Positions 60,504 to 64,000 of a stretch of DNA of 64,000 bases are shown here, piece by piece; within the stretch, counting starts at the first letter, position 1, and every line of letters starts with the position of its first letter. The position numbers and the translations under genes were made by a program. The stretch is taken from positions 248,001-312,000 of the forward strand of contig CDMY01000305.1 in assembly GCA_001179505.1 (NCBI GenBank), written 5' to 3'. Source of the stretch: Vitrella brassicaformis CCMP3155 (taxonomy: Eukaryota > Protista > Chromerida). The notes under the pieces were generated by a model that made no database searches, was not told where the DNA came from, and was given only the letters and a program-made list of their open reading frames with translations.

Positions 60504-61012
60504 AGCAGGCACCGTTCCCAGAGGTGGTCGCTGTGGAAATGGGCGGCGAAGACGGAGAGGAAAACCGGTATCCCGAACAGTACGAGCCGTCTCGTAAGGC
60601 CGGCATGAACGCCATCGACCGCATCGTCAAGCGCAACAACGGGTCCAAGTGGTCCAACCATCTCTTCGACCAGGCCAGGAAGGAGGTGACCGAGGCTGCC
60701 GCCGGCATCACGCATCCCCAAAAGATGCGTGACAAGAATGAGATCGTGAAGCAGTTCAACAATGGGCAGCTCGACAAGGTCGCTGCCCTTGGTCTCCTCG
60801 TCGAAGTGAAGGCAGGGGACGACGAGCTGAGAGCGGAGGAGGCCGAGAAGGCAAGGGTGGAGAAGGAGAACAAGGAGGTCGGAGACAAGGCCGCAAAGCT
60901 GGAAGAGAAGGCCACAAAGCTGGAGGAGGAGAACAAGGAGCTGAAGAATCGCCCGCCGGAAGTGCACCACCACTATCACTACGAGAGCGACAACTCCTGC
61001 TCCATCATGTAA
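59576..61012 (+). CDS. AIG1-type (GIMAP/IAN-like) GTPase with N-terminal transmembrane segments and coiled coil; ends in CaaX (CSIM) if unspliced, or extends past 61082 if intron 61009-61081 is spliced
   Basis: G1 NGPSGNGKT, G2 SAT, G3 DTAG (DTAGFFDT), GIDVIIV..GR and G4 TKKE, followed by an EK-rich coiled coil. One intron at about 60411-60508. Confidence 0.82.
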
Positions 61013-61276
61013 GGTATGCTGCATATGCTCCCTTGACTCATCTGATGGATTGTGGACTGGTGTGTGTCGCACTTGTTGTAGGGAGACGTTTTTCAAGTGC
61101 GCCGCGGAGGTCGCCAAGGCAGCGGAGAAGGGCGCTCACGCCGTCACGGTGCGGGGACGGACTACCCATCCGAGTGGAGTGGTGGAGACGCGCCGAGTGG
61201 AGTGCGGTTCGTCTAGCTACTCACTGGTGTGCGCCACAGCGTGTCTCGACAAAGTCGGCACGCAGTTGGCGCGTGA

Positions 61277-61308
<32 letters not shown>

Positions 61309-61355
61309 TTCGTCCGGTCGAGTTCTTTTCTATCCATCGATGAGCCTCTTTGCTG

Positions 61356-62140
61356 TCAATGGCCGGTGGTTGCTCGCCTGTTTGTTTGCCTGACTACTAA
61401 AGGACTAATGAGTGATGTGTGTGGCAGTCAATAACGAGGGGGAGAGAGAGAGAGAGAGGGAAGGTCTGCTGAGTGTATGCCCGGTCTCCCACTGACTTTC
61501 TCAAGGTCGCATTTTTGCAGACGAGCTATTTGCCCTCAACTCAACAGCGTGACATGACCAGTCTGACAGCAGTCGCCATCAGTGTGCTTCATGCATCAGC
61601 GACACGCCCCCATTGCTTTGACACATGTGGTTGTGCACATGGAAGAGGGCGAGAGGAAGAGAGGGACGGACGGATGGATGGACGGATGGAGGCACACTTT
61701 CGGCGTGTGCATGTGCATGTGCGTGTGCGTGTGCCTGTGTGTGTGAGAGTCTTTTTTATGGTGCAGTGCTGTTCAGTCTTTCTCTCTACCTGCCTGCTTG
61801 GCTGCCTAGATGCGTTGATGGTGCTCTCTACCTGCCTGGGTGGCACTCTCAATGGCCGGTGGTTGCTCGTCTGCGTGTTCGCCTGACTGCTCATGGACTG
61901 ATGCGTGATACATGTGGTTGTGCACATGAAAGAGGGAGAGAGAGAGAGAGGGAGGGAGGGAGGGACGGACAGTAGCGTAGTCACTTTTTCAGAGTCGTGT
62001 GTATTCGTCGTCGATACAACAGGTCGCTATGCTCGTTATTCGTGCAGAGGGTTCCGTGATTTGTTAGGTCAGCTCGTTTTTCCTTGGTGTGTGAAGACAC
62101 GGTTCAGCGTTACACTCAACAGCGTGACACACATGACCAT
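61356..62140. repeat. Degenerate mosaic duplication of three short non-microsatellite blocks in the intergenic/3' region
   Basis: tcaatggccggtggttgctcg.. at 61356 and 61849; acatgtggttgtgcacatg at about 61623 and 61910; actcaacagcgtgaca at 61539 and 62114. Confidence 0.75.
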
Positions 62141-62295
62141 GTTGGCAGCATTTCATTCAGTGTGTCAGTCGCACGAGCAAATGTGCAGCGACACAAAAGG
62201 CACTCACGCACTCATAAACCAAACACTGCATGCACCCAAAACAGTCTTCTGATGCATAGTCCAGACATCTGCTCCAGAGGTAGACAGTCAGTCAG

Positions 62296-63734
62296 TCAGT
62301 AGATGTTGGCCTTGAGGCCAGACGGCCGATTGCCGTCGTAGCACACGTTGGGCTTCTCGTATCGCGACAGCGGTATAGACAGCCCCGCCTTGTAGCAATG
62401 CGACAAGTCGCTCAAACCGATGCACCTGCACAGCACAGCCACACACACAGAGAGAGAGGTTGCTTCCCAGTGACTCGACTGACCTGGGCACGGCGAATTC
62501 TTTGGTTCGCTCTTCGAACAGGATGGTGGTCACACTGGATGGGGCCAGCCAAAAGGACGAGTAGGTGACGACAGGAGGCAACTGACATACACAGATGCAC
62601 AAAATGATACACATACACAGTGAGCGAGAACAATGGCTGGCTGTTCCTGCTCTCCTTTCTCACACCTACCCTACCTGCAGCAAGTGGGCGAGCCATGTGA
62701 GTCCGAATCCGCCGTGGCAGACCACAGCCACCTGTGAACGACGATGCGGCGCCTTTGCGGCACTCGAGAGGATGCGATACCTGACACCCATACACAAACA
62801 GAGCCAAAGACGAAAAGTGAGTGACGGCCGCTCACCCACCCACCCACCCACCCACCGGCCCTTTCTCAGTTTGCCTACTTTGATCCCTCCTCTCTCTCAA
62901 AGCCAAGACGCCGGAAAAACTCATCACTCCTGAACAAATAAACAGGACAAAATGAACGATATACGGCTTGCATTGCGTCCTGCGTGGGATGGCTGGCCTT
63001 CCTACCTACCTTTCGCAGAGGTTCTGGTAGAGCTTCTGTATCTCCTGCCCATCATGCAGCAGTTCCCACTGCGTGCCGTGCGTGTGTGGGATGTCAGACC
63101 CCCTCGCCAACTCACCCGCTATGTCTGCATGCCATCATGTCATGACTGACCTGTGCTGTGCACTCGCTCACCCCATATAGCCCAGCCACCTGCATCGATA
63201 CCATAACGACAGGTGCGTGCCTGCCACTCCTTCCTTCCCGCCCATACTAGCTTACCTTCTCCCGGCCGCGCATCGCAGTTCATCCACTTGGGCCAGTCAA
63301 CCAGCTCCTGCATGCAACAGCCATTCACACAGACACCTCAGCATGACATCCATCCCATCTGTGTGCCCCCACTCACCTTTGTCCAGTCTTCTATCTCGAG
63401 TGGCAGCCCGAGCGATGCTGCAGCCGCCTCAGCAGTGGCCCTCGCTCTTCCCATTGGCGAGGAGAACAAGCGCGTGACGGGCGGATCTTCTGCGGCGAGC
63501 CTTTCGGCCAGCGCAGCAGCCTGTTTGCGCCCCTCTGGCGTGATGCTATCACCGTGGTACTCTGGATCTGCGTGCCGAATGAGGAGCAGCCGCATCGTCT
63601 GCAGATCTGTCTGCTTCCTGCAACCAAGCATCACATTACGAAGCAACGGCATGGCACGAGGACACGCAGCTGGGAATGATGGTTCGTACCGTGATTGAGC
63701 CGCTTCCGCTGCTCCCGCCTTTTTCAGCTCGCAT
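62296..63734 (-). CDS. Histidine phosphatase / phosphoglycerate mutase family protein; multi-exon; first exon provisional
   Basis: RLLLIRHADPEY..SITPEGRKQA, LFSSPMGRARATA, VAVVCHGGFG and PSSVTTILFEE. Confidence 0.88.
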
Positions 63735-64000
63735 GAGGCGAAAGAGGCGCGATTGAATTCATGTGAATTCGATATGAGAGGTCAAAATTGAACGGATGAG
63801 GGTCCAGACAAGCACACATGTATGCAGCAAATCAATGAGTGGGCCACTCACTATACACACGTCCGGGAAAAAGAGAGCTCCTCTCTTCGCCTCTTCCCCT
63901 TCATCGACTCGACGGACACTCTCTACCTCATGGTGCAAAAAATACACTCGCATGCACACACACATGATGTGGATGGATGGATACGTCATACACACACATG

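Noticed and set aside
60876-60935. 21-nt near-tandem repeat encoding KAAKLEE/KATKLEE
   Set aside because: This is an ordinary heptad duplication within the GTPase coiled coil.
50153-61012. Two AIG1 genes near each other
   Set aside because: This is a name coincidence. Androgen-induced gene 1 (FAR-17a hydrolase) and avrRpt2-induced gene 1 (GTPase) are unrelated families.
1-64000. Many ORFs rich in [20 protein letters not shown] or ERERER
   Set aside because: They are translations of intronic (AC)n, (GT)n, (CAGA)n and (GA)n microsatellites, not proteins or metal-binding motifs.
1-64000. CRISPR array, rRNA, tRNA, snoRNA or telomeric repeats
   Set aside because: No regularly spaced repeat-spacer units or recognisable structured RNA genes were seen. 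Small ncRNAs could be missed without covariance-model searches.

Overview
Eukaryotic, GC-rich, very intron-dense genomic DNA. It is most consistent with the chromerid alga Vitrella brassicaformis; this is inferred from the microsatellite-filled short introns, lineage-type F-box-like genes and a bipartite plastid leader. About 23 protein-coding loci can be assembled by eye from the ORF track plus splice sites. Many sit in head-to-head pairs. In order: the last exon of a membrane protein, a BBE-like FAD oxidase, an EF-hand protein, a cytochrome b5 reductase-like FNR protein, a class-V aminotransferase/cysteine desulfurase-TtcA fusion, two small unknowns, an F-box-like gene, strawberry notch, a stanniocalcin-like gene, a PAI-like flavoprotein, a chimeric pseudogene, TMEM205, a DEAD-box helicase, a P5A ATPase, a methyltransferase-like gene, a CDK, an ADTRP/AIG1-type hydrolase, a USP53/54-like DUB, a second F-box-like gene, a permuted papain-like gene, a GIMAP-type GTPase and a histidine phosphatase. 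There are two 300-N assembly gaps. No rRNA, tRNA, CRISPR array or transposase was recognised. The most striking observations are: (1) many introns carry 5' (AC)n and 3' (GT)n or other complementary arms, suggesting structure-assisted splicing; (2) a desulfurase-zinc finger-TtcA fusion; (3) an intron-poor divergent pair of secreted stanniocalcin-like and fatty-acid-isomerase-like genes 81 bp apart; (4) a GIMAP GTPase whose CaaX stop codon overlaps a splice donor, head-to-head with a permuted papain-like gene that has TAG at codon 3; (5) an inverted chimeric copy joining pieces of two genes from 9-16 kb. All exon boundaries and family calls were made by eye, without database searches.
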